Origin: Eledone cirrhosa | Taxonomy: Eukaryota | NCBI GenBank assembly: GCA_964016885.1 | Contig: OZ024742.1 | Location: 342,922,001-342,986,000, forward strand | Direction: 5' to 3' | Length of the DNA stretch: 64,000 nucleotides | In this document: positions 1 to 14,600 of the stretch, one piece after another | Layout: each line of letters starts with the position of its first letter | Position numbering within the stretch: the stretch's first letter is position 1 | Translations under genes and position numbers: made by a program | The notes under the pieces: generated by a model | The model's database searches: none | What the model was told of the DNA's origin: nothing | Seen by the model: the letters and a program-made list of their open reading frames with translations, nothing else

Positions 1-3000
1 TGTGATCTAAAGTGGTATGAAGTATGTGATATACAGTGGTATGAAGTATGTCAGCTCCAGTGGTATGAAGTATGTGATCTACAGTGGTATGAAGTATGTA
101 ATCTACAGTGGTATGAAGTATGTGATCTCCAGTGGTATGAAGTATGTGATCTCCTGTCGTATGAAATATGTCAGCTCCAGTGGTATGAAGTATGTGATCT
201 CCAGTGGTATGAAGTATGTGATCTCCAGTGGTATGAAATTTGTGATCTACAGTGGTATGAAGTATGTGATCTCCAGTGGTATGAAGTATGTGATCTCCAG
301 TGATATGAAATATGTGATCTCTAGTGGTATGAAGTATGTGATCTCCAGTGGTATGAAGTATGTCATATCCTGTGGTATGAAGTATGTGATCTCCAGTGGT
401 ATGAAGTATGTCAGCTCCAGTGGTATGAAGTATGTGATCTCCAGTGGTATGAAGTATGTGATCTCCAGTGGTATGAAATATGTGATCTGCAGTGGTATGA
501 AGTATGTTAGCTCCAGTGGTATGAAGTATGTGATCTACAGTGGTATGAAGTATGTCAGCTCCAGTGGTATGAAGTATGTGATCTCCAGTGGTATGAAGTA
601 TGTGATCTCCTGTGGTATGAAGTATGTGATCTACAGTGGTATGAAGTATGTGATCTACAGTGGTATGAAGTATGTGATCTACAGTGGTATGAAGTATGTG
701 ATCTACAGTGGTATGAAGTATGTCAGCTCCAGTGGTATGAAGTATGTGATCTACAGTGGTATGAAGTATGTCAGCTCCAGTGGTATGAAGTATGTGATCT
801 CCAGTGGTATGAAGTATGTGATCTTCAGTGGTATGAAGTATGTGATCTCCATTGGTATGAAGTATGTGATCTACAGTGGTATGAAGTATGTGATCTACAG
901 TGGTATGAAGTATGTGATCTACAGTGGTATGAAGTATATGATCTACAGTGGTATGAAGTATGTGATCGACAGTGGTATGAAGTATGTCAGCTCCAGTGGT
1001 ATGAAGTATGTGATCTACAGTGGTATGAAGTATGTGATCTACAGTGGTATGAATTATGTTATCTACAGTGGTATGAAGTATGTCAGCTCCAGTGGTATGA
1101 AGTATGTGATCTACAGTGGTATGAAGTATGTGATATCCTGTGTTATGAAGTATGTGATCTCCAGTGGTATGAAGTATGTGATCTACAGTGGTATGAAGTA
1201 TGTAATCTCCAGTGGTATGAAGTATGTGATCTACAGTGGTATGAAGTATGTGATCTACAGTGGTATGAAGTATGTGATCTACAGTGGTATGAAGTATGTG
1301 ATCTCCAGTGGTATGAAGTATGTAATCTACAGTGGTATGAAGTATGTGATCTCCAGTGGTATGAAGTATGTGATCTCCTGTGGTATGAAATATGTCAGCT
1401 CCAGTGGTATGAAGTATGTGATCTCCAGTGGTATGAAGTATGTGATCTCCACTGGTATGAAATATGTGATCTACAGTGGTATGAAGTATGTGATCTCCAG
1501 TGGTATGAAGTATGTGATCTCCAGTGGTATGAAGTATGTGATCTCCAGTGGTATGAAGTATGTGATCTCCAGTGGTATGAAGTATGTGATATCCTGTGGT
1601 ATGAAGTATGTGATATCCTGTGGTATGAAGTATGTGATCTCCAGTGGTATGAAGTATGTCAGCTCCAGTGGTATGAAGTATGTGATCTCCAGTGGTATGA
1701 AATATGTGATCTACAGTGGTATGAAGTATGTTAGCTCCAGTGGTATGAAGTATGTGATCTACAGTGGTATGAAGTATGTCAGCTCCAGTGGTATGAAGTA
1801 TGTGATCTCCAGTGGTATGAAGTATGTGATCTACAGTGGTATGAAGTATGTGATCTACAGTGGTATGAAGTATGTGATCTACAGTGGTATGAAGTATGTG
1901 ATCTACAGTGGTATGAAGTATGTGATCTACAGTGGTATGAAGTATGTGATCTACAGTGGTATGAAGTATGTCAGCTCCAGTGGTATGAAGTATATGATCT
2001 ACAGTGGTATGAAGTATGTGATCTACAGTGGTATGAAGTATGTGATATACAGTGGTATGAAGTATGTCAGCTCCAGTGGTATGAAGTATGTGATCTACAG
2101 TGGTATGAAGTATGTAATCTGCAGTGGTATGAAGTATGTGATCTCCAGTGGTATGAAGTATGTGATCTCCTGTCGTATGAAATATGTCAGCTCCAGTGGT
2201 ATGAAGTATGTGATCTCCAGTGGTATGAAGTATGTGATCTCCAGTGGTATGAAATTTGTGATCTACAGTGGTATGAAGTATGTGATCTCCAGTGGTATGA
2301 AGTATGTGATCTCCAGTGATATGAAATATGTGATCTCTAGTGGTATGAAGTATGTGATCTCCAGTGGTATGAAGTATGTCATATCCTGTGGTATGAAGTA
2401 TGTGATCTCCAGTGGTATGAAGTATGTCAGCTCCAGTGGTATGAAGTATGTGATCTCCAGTGGTATGAAGTATGTGATCTCCAGTGGTATGAAATATGTG
2501 ATCTGCAGTGGTATGAAGTATGTTAGCTCCAGTGGTATGAAGTATGTGATCTACAGTGGTATGAAGTATGTCAGCTCCAGTGGTATGAAGTATGTGATCT
2601 CCAGTGGTATGAAGTATGTGATCTCCTGTGGTATGAAGTATGTGATCTACAGTGGTATGAAGTATGTGATCTACAGTGGTATGAAGTATGTGATCTACAG
2701 TGGTATGAAGTATGTGATCTACAGTGGTATGAAGTATGTCAGCTCCAGTGGTATGAAGTATGTGATCTACAGTGGTATGAAGTATGTCAGCTCCAGTGGT
2801 ATGAAGTATGTGATCTCCAGTGGTATGAAGTATGTGAACTTCAGTGCTATGAAGTATGTGATCTCCATTGGTATGAAGTATGTGATCTACAGTGGTATGA
2901 AGTATGTGATCTACAGTGGTATGAAGTATGTGATCTCCAGTGGTATGAAGTATGTGATCTACAGTGGTATGAAGTATGTGATCTACAGTGGTATGAACTA

Positions 3001-6000
3001 TGTCAGCTCCAGTGGTATGAAGTATGTGATCTACAGTGGTATGAAGTATGTGATCTACAGTGGTATGAATTATGTTATCTACAGTGGTATGAAGTATGTC
3101 AGCTCCAGTGGTATGAAGTATGTGATCTACAGTGGTATGAAGTATGTGATCTACAGTGGTATGAAGTATGTCAGCTCCAGTGGTATGAAGTATGTGATCT
3201 ACAGTGGTATGAAGTATGTGATCTACAGTGTTATGAATATGTGATCTACAGTGGTATGAAGTATGTGATCTCCAGTAGTATGAAGTATGTGATCTACAGT
3301 GGTATGAAGTATGTGATCTACAGTGGTATGAAGTATGTGATCTACAGTGGTATGAAGTATGTGATCTACAGTGGTATGAAGTATGTGATCTACAGTGGTA
3401 TGCAGTATGTGATCTACAGTGGTATGAAGTATGTGATCTACAGTGGTATGAAGTATGTGATCTACAGTGGTATGAAGTATGTCAGCTCCAGTGGTATGAA
3501 GTATGTGATCTACAGTGGTATGAAGTATGTGATCTACAGTGGTATGAAGTATGTGGTATCCTGTGGTATGAAGTATGTGATCTCTTGTGGTATGAAGTAT
3601 GTGATATCCTGTGGTATGAAGTATGTGATATCCAGTGGTATGAAGTATGTGATATCCAGTGGTATGAAGTATGTGATATCCTGTGGTATGAAGTATGTGA
3701 TCTACAGTGGTATGAAGTATGTGATCTCCAGTGGTATGAAGTATGTGATAACCTGTGGTATGAAGTATGTGATATCCTGTGGTATGAAGTATGTGATCTA
3801 CAGTGGTATGAAGTATGTGATCTCCAGTGGTATGAAGTATGTGATATCCTGTGGTATGAAGTATGTGATATCCAGTGGTATGAAGTATGTGATCTACAGT
3901 GGTATGAAGTATGTGATCTACAGTGGTATGAAGTATGTGATCTCCAGTGGTATGAAGTATGTGATCTCCAGTGGTATGAAGTATGTGATATCCTGTGTTA
4001 TGAAGTATGTGATCTCCAGTGGTATGAAGTATGTGAACTACAGTGGTATGAAGTATGTAATCTCCAGTGGTATGAAGTATGTGATCTCCAGTGGTATGAA
4101 GTATGTGATCTCCAGTGGTATGAAGTATGTGATCTACAGTGGTATGAAGTATGTCAGCTCCAGTGGTATGAAGTATGTGATCTACAGTGGTATGAAGTAT
4201 GTGATCTACAGTGGTATGAAGTATGTGATCTACAGTGGTATGAAGTATGTGATCTCCAGTGGTATGAAGTATGTAATCTACAGTGGTATGAAGTATGTGA
4301 TCTCCAGTGGTATGAAGTATGTGATCTCCTGTGGTATGAAATATGTCAGCTCCAGTGGTATGAAGTATGTGATCTCCAGTGGTATGAAGTATGTGATCTC
4401 CACTGGTATGAAATATGTGATCTACAGTGGTATGAAGTATGTGATCTCCAGTAGTATGAAGTATGTGATCTCCAGTGGTATGAAGTATGTGATCTCTAGT
4501 GGTATGAAGTATGTGATCTCCAGTGGTATGAAGTATGTGATATCCTGTGGTATGAAGTATGTGATATCCTGTGGTATGAAGTATGTCAGCTCCAGTGGTA
4601 TGAAGTATGTGATCTCCAGTGGTATGAAATATGTGATCTACAGTGGTATGAAGTATGTTAGCTCCAGTGGTATGAAGTATGTGATCTACAGTGGTATGAA
4701 GTATGTCAGCTCCAGTGGTATGAAGTATGTGATCTCCAGTGGTATGAAGTATGTGATCTCCTGTGGTATAAAGTATGTGATCTACAGTGGTATGAAGTAT
4801 GTGATCTACAGTGGTATGAAGTATGTGATCTACAGTGGTATGAAGTATGTGATCTACAGTGGTATGAAGTATGTGATCTACAGTGGTATGAAGTATGTCA
4901 GCTCCAGTGGTATGAAGTATATGATCTACAGTGGTATGAAGTATGTGATCTAAAGTGGTATGAAGTATGTGATATACAGTGGTATGAAGTATGTCAGCTC
5001 CAGTGGTATGAAGTATGTGATCTACAGTGGTATGAAGTATGTGATCTCCAGTGGTATGAAGTATGTGGTCTCCTGTCGTATGAAATATGTCAGCTCCAGT
5101 GGTATGAAGTATGTGATCTCCAGTGGTATGAAGTATGTGATCTCCAGTGGTATGAAATTTGTGATCTACAGTGGTATGAAGTATGTGATCTCCAGTGGTA
5201 TGAAGTATGTGATCTCCAGTGATATGAAATATGTGATCTCTAGTGGTATGAAGTATGTGATCTCCAGTGGTATGAAGTATGTCATATCCTGTGGTATGAA
5301 GTATGTGATCTCCAGTGGTATGAAGTATGTCAGCTCCAGTGGTATGAAGTATGTGATCTCCAGTGGTATGAAGTATGTGATCTCCAGTGGTATGAAATAT
5401 GTGATCTGCAGTGGTATGAAGTATGTTAGCTCTAGTGGTATGAAGTATGTGATCTACAGTGGTATGAAGTATGTCAGCTCCAGTGGTATGAAGTATGTGA
5501 TCTCCAGTGGTATGAAGTATGTGATCTCCTGTGGTATGAAGTATGTGATCTACAGTGGTATGAAGTATGTGATCTACAGTGGTATGAAGTATGTGATCTA
5601 CAGTGGTATGAAGTATGTGATCTACAGTGGTATGAAGTATGTCAGCTCCAGTGGTATGAAGTATGTGATCTACAGTGGTATGAAGTATGTCAGCTCCAGT
5701 GGTATGAAGTATGTGATCTCCAGTGGTATGAAGTATGTGATCTTCAGTGGTATGAAGTATGTGATCTCCATTGGTATGAAGTATGTGATCTACAGTGGTA
5801 TGAAGTATGTGATCTACAGTGGTATGAAGTATGTGATCTACAGTGGTATGAAGTATGTGATCTACAGTGGTATGAAGTATGTGATCTACAGTGGTATGAA
5901 GTATGTCAGCTCCAGTGGTATGAAGTATGTGATCTACAGTGGTATGAAGTATGTGATCTACAGTGGTATGAATTATGTTATCTACAGTGGTATGAAGTAT

Positions 6001-8600
6001 GTCAGCTCCAGTGGTATGAAGTATGTGATCTACAGTGGTATGAAGTATGTGATATCCTGTGTTATGAAGTATGTGATCTCCAGTGGTATGAAGTATGTGA
6101 TCTACAGTGGTATGAAGAATGTAATCTCCAGTGGTATGAAGTATGTGATTTACAGTGGTATGAAGTATGTGATCTACAGTGGTATGAAGTATGTGATCTA
6201 CAGTCGTATGAAGTATGTGATCTCCAGTGGTATGAAGTATGTAATCTACAGTGGTATGAAGTATGTGATCTCCAGTGGTATGAAGTATGTGATCTCCTGT
6301 GGTATGAAATATGTCAGCTCCAGTGGTATGAAGTATGTGATCTCCAGTGGTATGAAGTATGTGATCTCCACTGGTATGAAATATGTGATCTACAGTGGTA
6401 TGAAGTATGTGATCTCCAGTGGTATGAAGTATGTGATCTCCAGTGGTATGAAGTATGTGATCTCCAGTGGTATGAAGTATGTGATCTCCAGTGGTATGAA
6501 GTATGTGATATCCTGTGGTATGAAGTATGTGATATCCTGTGGTATGAAGTATGTGATCTCCAGTGGTATGAAGTATGTCAGCTCCAGTGGTATGAAGTAT
6601 GTGATCTCCAGTGGTATGAAATATGTGATCTACAGTGGTATGAAGTATGTTAGCTCCAGTGGTATGAAGTATGTGATCTACAGTGGTATGAAGTATGTCA
6701 GCTCCAGTGGTATGAAGTATGTGATCTCCAGTGGTATGAAGTATGTGATCTCCTGTGGTATGAAGTATGTGATCTACAGTGGTATGAAGTATGTGATCTA
6801 CAGTGGTATGAAGTATGTGATCTACAGTGGTATGAAGTATGTGATCTACAGTGGTATGAAGTATGTGTCTACAGTGGTATGAAGTATGTGATCTACAGTG
6901 GTATGAAGTATGTCAGCTCCAGTGGTATGAAGTATATGATCTACAGTGGTATGAAGTATGTGATCTACAGTGGTATGAAGTATGTGATATACAGTGGTAT
7001 GAAGTATGTCAGCTCCAGTGGTATGAAGTATGTGATCTACAGTGGTATGAAGTATGTAATCTACAGTGGTATGAAGTATGTGATCTCCAGTGGTATGAAG
7101 TATGTGATCTCCTGTCGTATGAAATATGTCAGCTCCAGTGGTATGAAGTATGTGATCTCCAGTGGTATGAAGTATGTGATCTCCAGTGGTATGAAATTTG
7201 TGATCTACAGTGGTATGAAGTATGTGATCTCCAGTGGTATGAAGTATGTGATCTCCAGTGATATGAAATATGTGATCTCTAGTGGTATGAAGTATGTGAT
7301 CTCCAGTGGTATGAAGTATGTCATATCCTGTGGTATGAAGTATGTGATCTCCAGTGGTATGAAGTATGTCAGCTCCAGTGGTATGAAGTATGTGATCTCC
7401 AGTGGTATGAAGTATGTGATCTCCAGTCGTATGAAATATGTGATCTGCAGTGGTATGAAGTATGTTAGCTCCAGTGGTATGAAGTATGTGATCTACAGTG
7501 GTATGAAGTATGTCAGCTCCAGTGGTATGAAGTATGTGATCTCCAGTGGTATGAAGTATGTGATCTCCTGTGGTATGAAGTATGTGATCTACAGTGGTAT
7601 GAAGTATGTGATCTACAGTGGTATGAAGTATGTGATCTACAGTGGTATGAAGTATGTGATCTACAGTGGTATGAAGTATGTCAGCTCCAGTGGTATGAAG
7701 TATGTGATCTACAGTGGTATGAAGTATGTCAGCTCCAGTGGTATGAAGTATGTGATCTCCAGTGGTATGAAGTATGTGATCTTCAGTGGTATGAAGTATG
7801 TGATCTCCATTGGTATGAAGTATGTGATCTACAGTGGTATGAAGTATGTGATCTACAGTGGTATGAAGTATGTGATCTACAGTGGTATGAAGTATGTGAT
7901 CTACAGTGGTATGAAGTATGTGATCTACAGTGGTATGAAGTATGTCAGCTCCAGTGGTATGAAGTATGTGATCTACAGTGGTATGAAGTATGTGATCTAC
8001 AGTGGTATGAATTATGTTATCTACAGTGGTATGAAGTATGTCAGCTCCAGTGGTATGAAGTATGTGATCTACAGTGGTATGAAGTATGTGATCTGCAGTG
8101 GTATGAAGTATGTCAGCTCCAGTGGTATGAAGTATGTGATCTACAGTGGTATGAAGTATGTGATCTACAGTGGTATGAATATGTGATCTACAGTGGTATG
8201 AAGTGTGTGATCTCCAGTAGTATGAAGTATGTGATCTACAGTGGTATGAAGTATGTGATCTACAGTGGTATGAAGTATGTGATCTACAGTGGTATGAAGT
8301 ATGTGATCTACAGTGGTATGAAGTATGTGATCTACAGTGGTATGCAGTATGTGATCTACAGTGGTATGAAGTATGTGATCTACAGTGGTATGAAGTATGT
8401 GATCTACAGTGGTATGAAGTATGTCAGCTCCAGTGGTATGAAGTATGTGATCTACAGTGGTATGAAGTATGTGATCTACAGTGGTATGAAGTATGTGATA
8501 TCCTGTGGTATGAAGTATGTGATCTCCTGTGGTATGAAGTATGTGATATCCTGTGGTATGAAGTATGTGATATCCAGTGGTATGAAGTATGTGATCTACA
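1..8600. repeat. Left domain: about 4.94-kb duplication containing an about 2.0-kb (84-85 monomer) higher-order repeat
   Basis: Marker TGTCGT at 155, 2171, 5074, 7113 (spacings 2016 and 2039; offsets 4919 and 4942). The GATCTAAA monomer precedes ATG 17 and ATG 4960 (4943 apart). 23-bp monomers at 3233 and 8175 (4942 apart). TCCACT variant near 1448, 4399, 6367. Confidence 0.85.
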
Positions 8601-11600
8601 GTGGTATGAAGTATGTGATCTACAGTGGTATGAATTATGTGATATCCTGTGGTATGAAGTATGTGATCTCCAGTGGTATGAAGTATGTGATATCCTGTGG
8701 TATGAAGTATGTGATATCCTGTGGTATGAAGTATGTGATCTACAGTGGTATGAAGTATGTGATATCCTGTGGTATGAAGTATGTGATCTCCAGTGGTATG
8801 AAGTATGTGATATCCTGTGGTATGAAGTATGTGATATCCTGTGGTATGAAGTATGTGATCTACAGTGGTATGATGTATGTAATCTCCAGTGGTATGAAGT
8901 ATGTGATCTACAGTGGTATGATGTATGTAATCTCCAGTGGTATGAAGTATGTGATCTCCAGTGGTATGAAGTATGTTATCTCCAGTGGTATGAAGTATGT
9001 GATCTCCAGTGGTATGAAGTATGTGAACTCCAGTGGTATGAAGTATGTAATCTCCAGTGGTATGAAGTATGTGGTTGTGGTATGAAGTATGTGATCTCCA
9101 GTAGTATGAAGTATTTCAGCTCCAGTGGTATGAAGTATGTGATATCCTGTGGTATGAAGTATGTGATCTCCAGTGGTATGAAGTATGTGATCTCCAGTGG
9201 TATGAAGTATGTCATCTCCAGTGGTATGAAGTATGTGATCTCCAGTGGTATGAAGTATGTGATCTCCAGTGGTATGAAGTATGTGATATACAGTGGTATG
9301 AAGTATGTGATCTACAGTGGTATGAAGTATGTGATCTCCAGTGGTATGAAGTATGTGATATCCAGTGGTATGAAGTATGTGATCTACAGTGGTATGAATA
9401 TGTCAGCTCCAGTGGTATGAAGTATGTGATCTCCTGTGGTATGAAGTATGTGATCAACAGTGGTATGAAGTATGTGATCTCCAGTGGTCTGAAGTATGTG
9501 ATCTACAGTGGTATGAAGTATGTGATATCCTGTGGTATGAAGTATGTGATCTCCAGTGGTATGAAGTATGTCAGCTCCAGTGGTATGAAGTATGTGATCT
9601 CCTGTGGTATGAAGTATGTGATCTACAGTGGTATGAAGTATGTGATCACCAGTGGTATGAAGTATGTGAACTACAGTGGTATGAAGTATGTGATATCCTG
9701 TGGTATGAAGTATGTGATCTCCAGTGGTATGAAGTATGTCAGCTCCAGTGGTATGAAGTATGTGATCTCCAGTGGTATGAAGTATGCGATCTACAGTGGT
9801 ATGAAGTATGTGATCTCCTGTGGTATGAAGTATGTGATCTACAGTGGTATGAAGTATGTTAGCTCCTGTGGTATGAAGTATGTGATCTCCAGTGGTATGA
9901 AGTATGTGATCTAAAGTGGTATGAAGTATGTGATCTACAGTGGTATGAAGTATGTGATCTACAGTGGTATGAAGTATGTAATATCCTGTGATATGAAGCA
10001 TGTGATATCCTGTGGTATGAAGTATGTGATATCCTGTGGTATGAAGTATGTGATCTCCAGTGGTATGAAGTATGTCAGCTCCAGTGGTATGAAGTATGTG
10101 ATCTCCAGTAGTATGAAGTATGTCAGCTCCAGTGGTATGAAGTATGTGATCTACAGTGGTATGAAGTATGTCAGCTCCAGTGGTATGAAGTATGTGATCT
10201 ACAGTGGTATGAAGTATGTAATCTACAGTGGTATGAAGTATGTGATCTCCAGTGGTATGAAGTATGTGATCTCCTGTCGTATGAAATATGTCAGCTCCAG
10301 TGGTATGAAGTATGTGATCTCCAGTGGTATGAAGTATGTGATCTCCAGTGGTATGAAATTTGTGATCTACAGTGGTATGAAGTATGTGATCTCCAGTGGT
10401 ATGAAGTATGTGATCTCCAGTGATATGAAATATGTCATATCCTGTGGTATGAAGTATGTGATCTCCAGTGGTATGAAGTATGTCAACTCCAGTGGTATGA
10501 AGTATGTGATCTCCAGTGGTATGAAGTATGTCAGCTCCAGTGGTATGAAGTATGTGATCTCCAGTGGTATGAAGTATGTGATCTCCAGTGGTATGAAATA
10601 TGTGATCTACAGTGGTATGAAGTATGTTAGCTCCAGTGGTATGAAGTATGTGATCTACAGTGGTATGAAGTATGTCAGCTCCAGTGGTATGAAGTATGTG
10701 ATCTCCAGTGGTATGAAGTATGTGATCTCCTGTGGTATGAAGTATGTGATCTACAGTGGTATGAAGTATGTGATCTACAGTGGTATGAAGTATGTGATCT
10801 ACAGTGGTATGAAGTATGTGATCTACAGTGGTATGAAGTATGTGATCTACAGTGGTATGAAGTATGTCAGCTCCAGTGGTATGAAGTATGTGATCTACAG
10901 TGGTATGAAGTATGTCAGCTCCAGTGGTATGAAGTATGTGATCTCCAGTGGTATGAAGTATGTGATCTTCAGTGGTATGAAGTATGTGATCTCCATTGGT
11001 ATGAAGTATGTGATCTACAGTGGTATGAAGTATGTGATCTACAGTGGTATGAATATGTGATCTACAGTGGTATGAAGTATGTGATCTCCAGTAGTATGAA
11101 GTATGTGATCTACAGTGGTATGAAGTATGTGATCTACAGTGGTATGAAGTATGTGATCTACAGTGGTATGAAGTATGTGATCTACAGTGGTATGAAGTAT
11201 GTGATCTACAGTGGTATGCAGTATGTGATCTACAGTGGTATGAAGTATGTGATCTACAGTGGTATGAAGTATGTGATCTACAGTGGTATGAAGTATGTCA
11301 GCTCCAGTGGTATGAAGTATGTGATCTACAGTGGTATGAAGTATGTGATCTACAGTGGTATGAAGTATGTGATATCCTGTGGTATGAAGTATGTGATCTC
11401 CTGTGGTATGAAGTATGTGATATCCTGTGGTATGAAGTATGTGATATCCAGTGGTATGAAGTATGTGATCTACAGTGGTATGAAGTATGTGATCTACAGT
11501 GGTATGAATTATGTGATATCCTGTGGTATGAAGTATGTGATCTCCAGTGGTATGAAGTATGTGATATCCTGTGGTATGATGTATGTGATATCCTGTGGTA

Positions 11601-14600
11601 TGAAGTATGTGATCTACAGTGGTATGAAGTATGTGATATCCTGTGGTATGAAGTATGTGATCTCCAGTGGTATGAAGTATGTGATATCCTGTGGTATGAA
11701 GTATGTGATATCCTGTGGTATGAAGTATGTGATCTACAGTGGTATGGTGTATGTAATCTCCAGTGGTATGAAGTATGTGATCTACAGTGGTATGATGTAT
11801 GTAATCTCCAGTGGTATGAAGTATGTGATCTCCAGTGGTATGAAGTATGTGATCTCTAGTGGTATGAAGTATGTGATCTCCAGTGGTATGAAGTATGTGA
11901 ACTCCAGTGGTATGAAGTATGTAATCTCCAGTGGTATGAAGTATGTGATTGTGGTATGAAGTATGTGATCTCCAGTAGTATGAAGTATTTCAGCTCCAGT
12001 GGTATGAAGTATGTGATATCCTGTGGTATGAAGTATGCGATCTCCAGTGGTATGAAGTATGTGATCTCCAGTGGTATGAAGTATGTCATCTCCAGTGGTA
12101 TGAAGTATGTGATCTCCAGTGGTATGAAGTATGTGATCTCCAGTGGTATGAAGTATGTGATATCCAGTGGTATGAAGTATGTGATCTACAGTGGTATGAA
12201 GTATGTGATCTCCAGTGGTATGAAGTATGTGATATCCAGTGGTATGAAGTATGTGATCTACAGTGGTATGAATATGTCAGCTCCAGTGGTATGAAGTATG
12301 TGATCTCCTGTGGTATGAAGTATGTGATCTACAGTGGTATGAAGTATGTGATCTCCAGTGGTCTGAAGTATGTGATCTACAGTGGTATGAAGTATGTGAT
12401 ATCCTGTGGTATGAAGTATGTGATCTCCAGTGGTATGAAGTATGTCAGCTCCAGTGGTATGAAGTATGTGATCTCCTGTGGTATGAAGTATGTGATCTAC
12501 AGTGGTATGAAGTATGTGATCACCAGTGGTATGAAGTATGTGATCTACAGTGGTATGAAGTATGTGATATCCTGTAGTATGAAGTATGTGATCTCCAGTG
12601 GTATGAAGTATGTCAGCTCCAGTGGTATGAAGTATGTGATCTCCAGTGGTATGAAGTATGCGATCTACAGTGGTATGAAGTATGTGATCTCCTGTGGTAT
12701 GAAGTATGTGATCTACAGTGGTATGAAGTATGTTAGCTCCTGTGGTATGAAGTATGTGATCTCCAGTGGTATGAAGTATGTGATCTAAAGTGGTATGAAG
12801 TATGTGATCTACAGTGGTATGATATATGTGATCTACAGTGGTATGAAGTATGTAATATCCTGTGATATGAAGTATGTGATATCCTGTGGTATGAAGTATG
12901 TGATATCCTGTGGTATGAAGTATGTGATCTCCAGTGGTATGAAGTATGTCAGCTCCAGTGGTATGAAGTATGTGATCTCCAGTAGTATGAAGTATGTCAG
13001 CTCCAGTGGTATGAAGTATGTGATCTACAGTGGTATGAAGTATGTCAGCTCCAGTGGTATGAAGTATGTGATCTACAGTGGTATGAAGTATGTAATCTAC
13101 AGTGGTATGAAGTATGTGATCTCCAGTGGTATGAAGTATGTGATCTCCTGTCGTATGAAATATGTCAGCTCCAGTGGTATGAAGTATGTGATCTCCAGTG
13201 GTATGAAGTATGTGATCTCCAGTGGTATGAAATTTGTGATCTACAGTGGTATGAAGTATGTGATCTCCAGTGGTATGAAGTATGTGATCTCCAGTGATAT
13301 GAAATATGTCATATCCTGTGGTATGAAGTATGTGATCTCCAGTGGTATGAAGTATGTCAACTCCAGTGGTATGAAGTATGTGATCTCCAGTGGTATGAAG
13401 TATGTCAGCTCCAGTGGTATGAAGTATGTGATCTCCAGTGGTATGAAGTATGTGATCTCCAGTGGTATGAAATATGTGATCTACAGTGGTATGAAGTATG
13501 TTAGCTCCAGTGGTATGAAGTATGTGATCTACAGTGGTATGAAGTATGTCAGCTCCAGTGGTATGAAGTATGTGATCTCCAGTGGTATGAAGTATGTGAT
13601 CTCCTGTGGTATGAAGTATGTGATCTACAGTGGTATGAAGTATGTGATCTACAGTGGTATGAAGTATGTGATATCCTGTGGTATGAAGTATGTGATATCC
13701 AGTGGTATGAAGTATGTGATCTACAGTGGTATGAAGTATGTGATCTACAGTGGTATGAATTATGTGATATCCTGTGGTATGAAGTATGTGATCTCCAGTG
13801 GTATGAAGTATGTGATATCCTGTGGTATGATGTATGTGATATCCTGTGGTATGAAGTATGTGATCTACAGTGGTATGAAGTATGTGATATCCTGTGGTAT
13901 GAAGTATGTGATCTCCAGTGGTATGAAGTATGTGATATCCTGTTGTATGAAGTATGTGATATCCTGTGGTATGAAGTATGTGATCTACAGTGGTATGATG
14001 TATGTAATCTCCAGTGGTATGAAGTATGTGATCTACAGTGGTATGATGTATGTAATCTCCAGTGGTATGAAGTATGTGATCTCCAGTGGTATGAAGTATG
14101 TGATCTCTAGTGGTATGAAGTATGTGATCTCCAGTGGTATGAAGTATGTGAACTCCAGTGGTATGAAGTATGTAATCTCCAGTGGTATGAAGTATGTGAT
14201 TGTGGTATGAAGTATGTGATCTCCAGTAGTATGAAGTATTTCAGCTCCAGTGGTATGAAGTATGTGATATCCTGTGGTATGAAGTATGCGATCTCCAGTG
14301 GTATGAAGTATGTGATCTCCAGTGGTATGAAGTATGTCATCTCCAGTGGTATGAAGTATGTGATCTCCAGTGGTATGAAGTATGTGATCTCCAGTGGTAT
14401 GAAGTATGTGATATCCAGTGGTATGAAGTATGTGATCTACAGTGGTATGAAGTATGTGATCTCCAGTGGTATGAAGTATGTGATATCCAGTGGTATGAAG
14501 TATGTGATCTACAGTGGTATGAATATGTCAGCTCCAGTGGTATGAAGTATGTGATCTCCTGTGGTATGAAGTATGTGATCTACAGTGGTATGAAGTATGT

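Noticed and set aside
9062-11955. The three deletions per 2874-bp HOR sum to 6 bp, restoring reading frame (programmed frameshifting idea)
   Set aside because: One-in-three chance; each shift meets an immediate TGA, an in-frame TAA is also present, and other HOR copies (2251, 2777, 1003 bp) do not keep frame.
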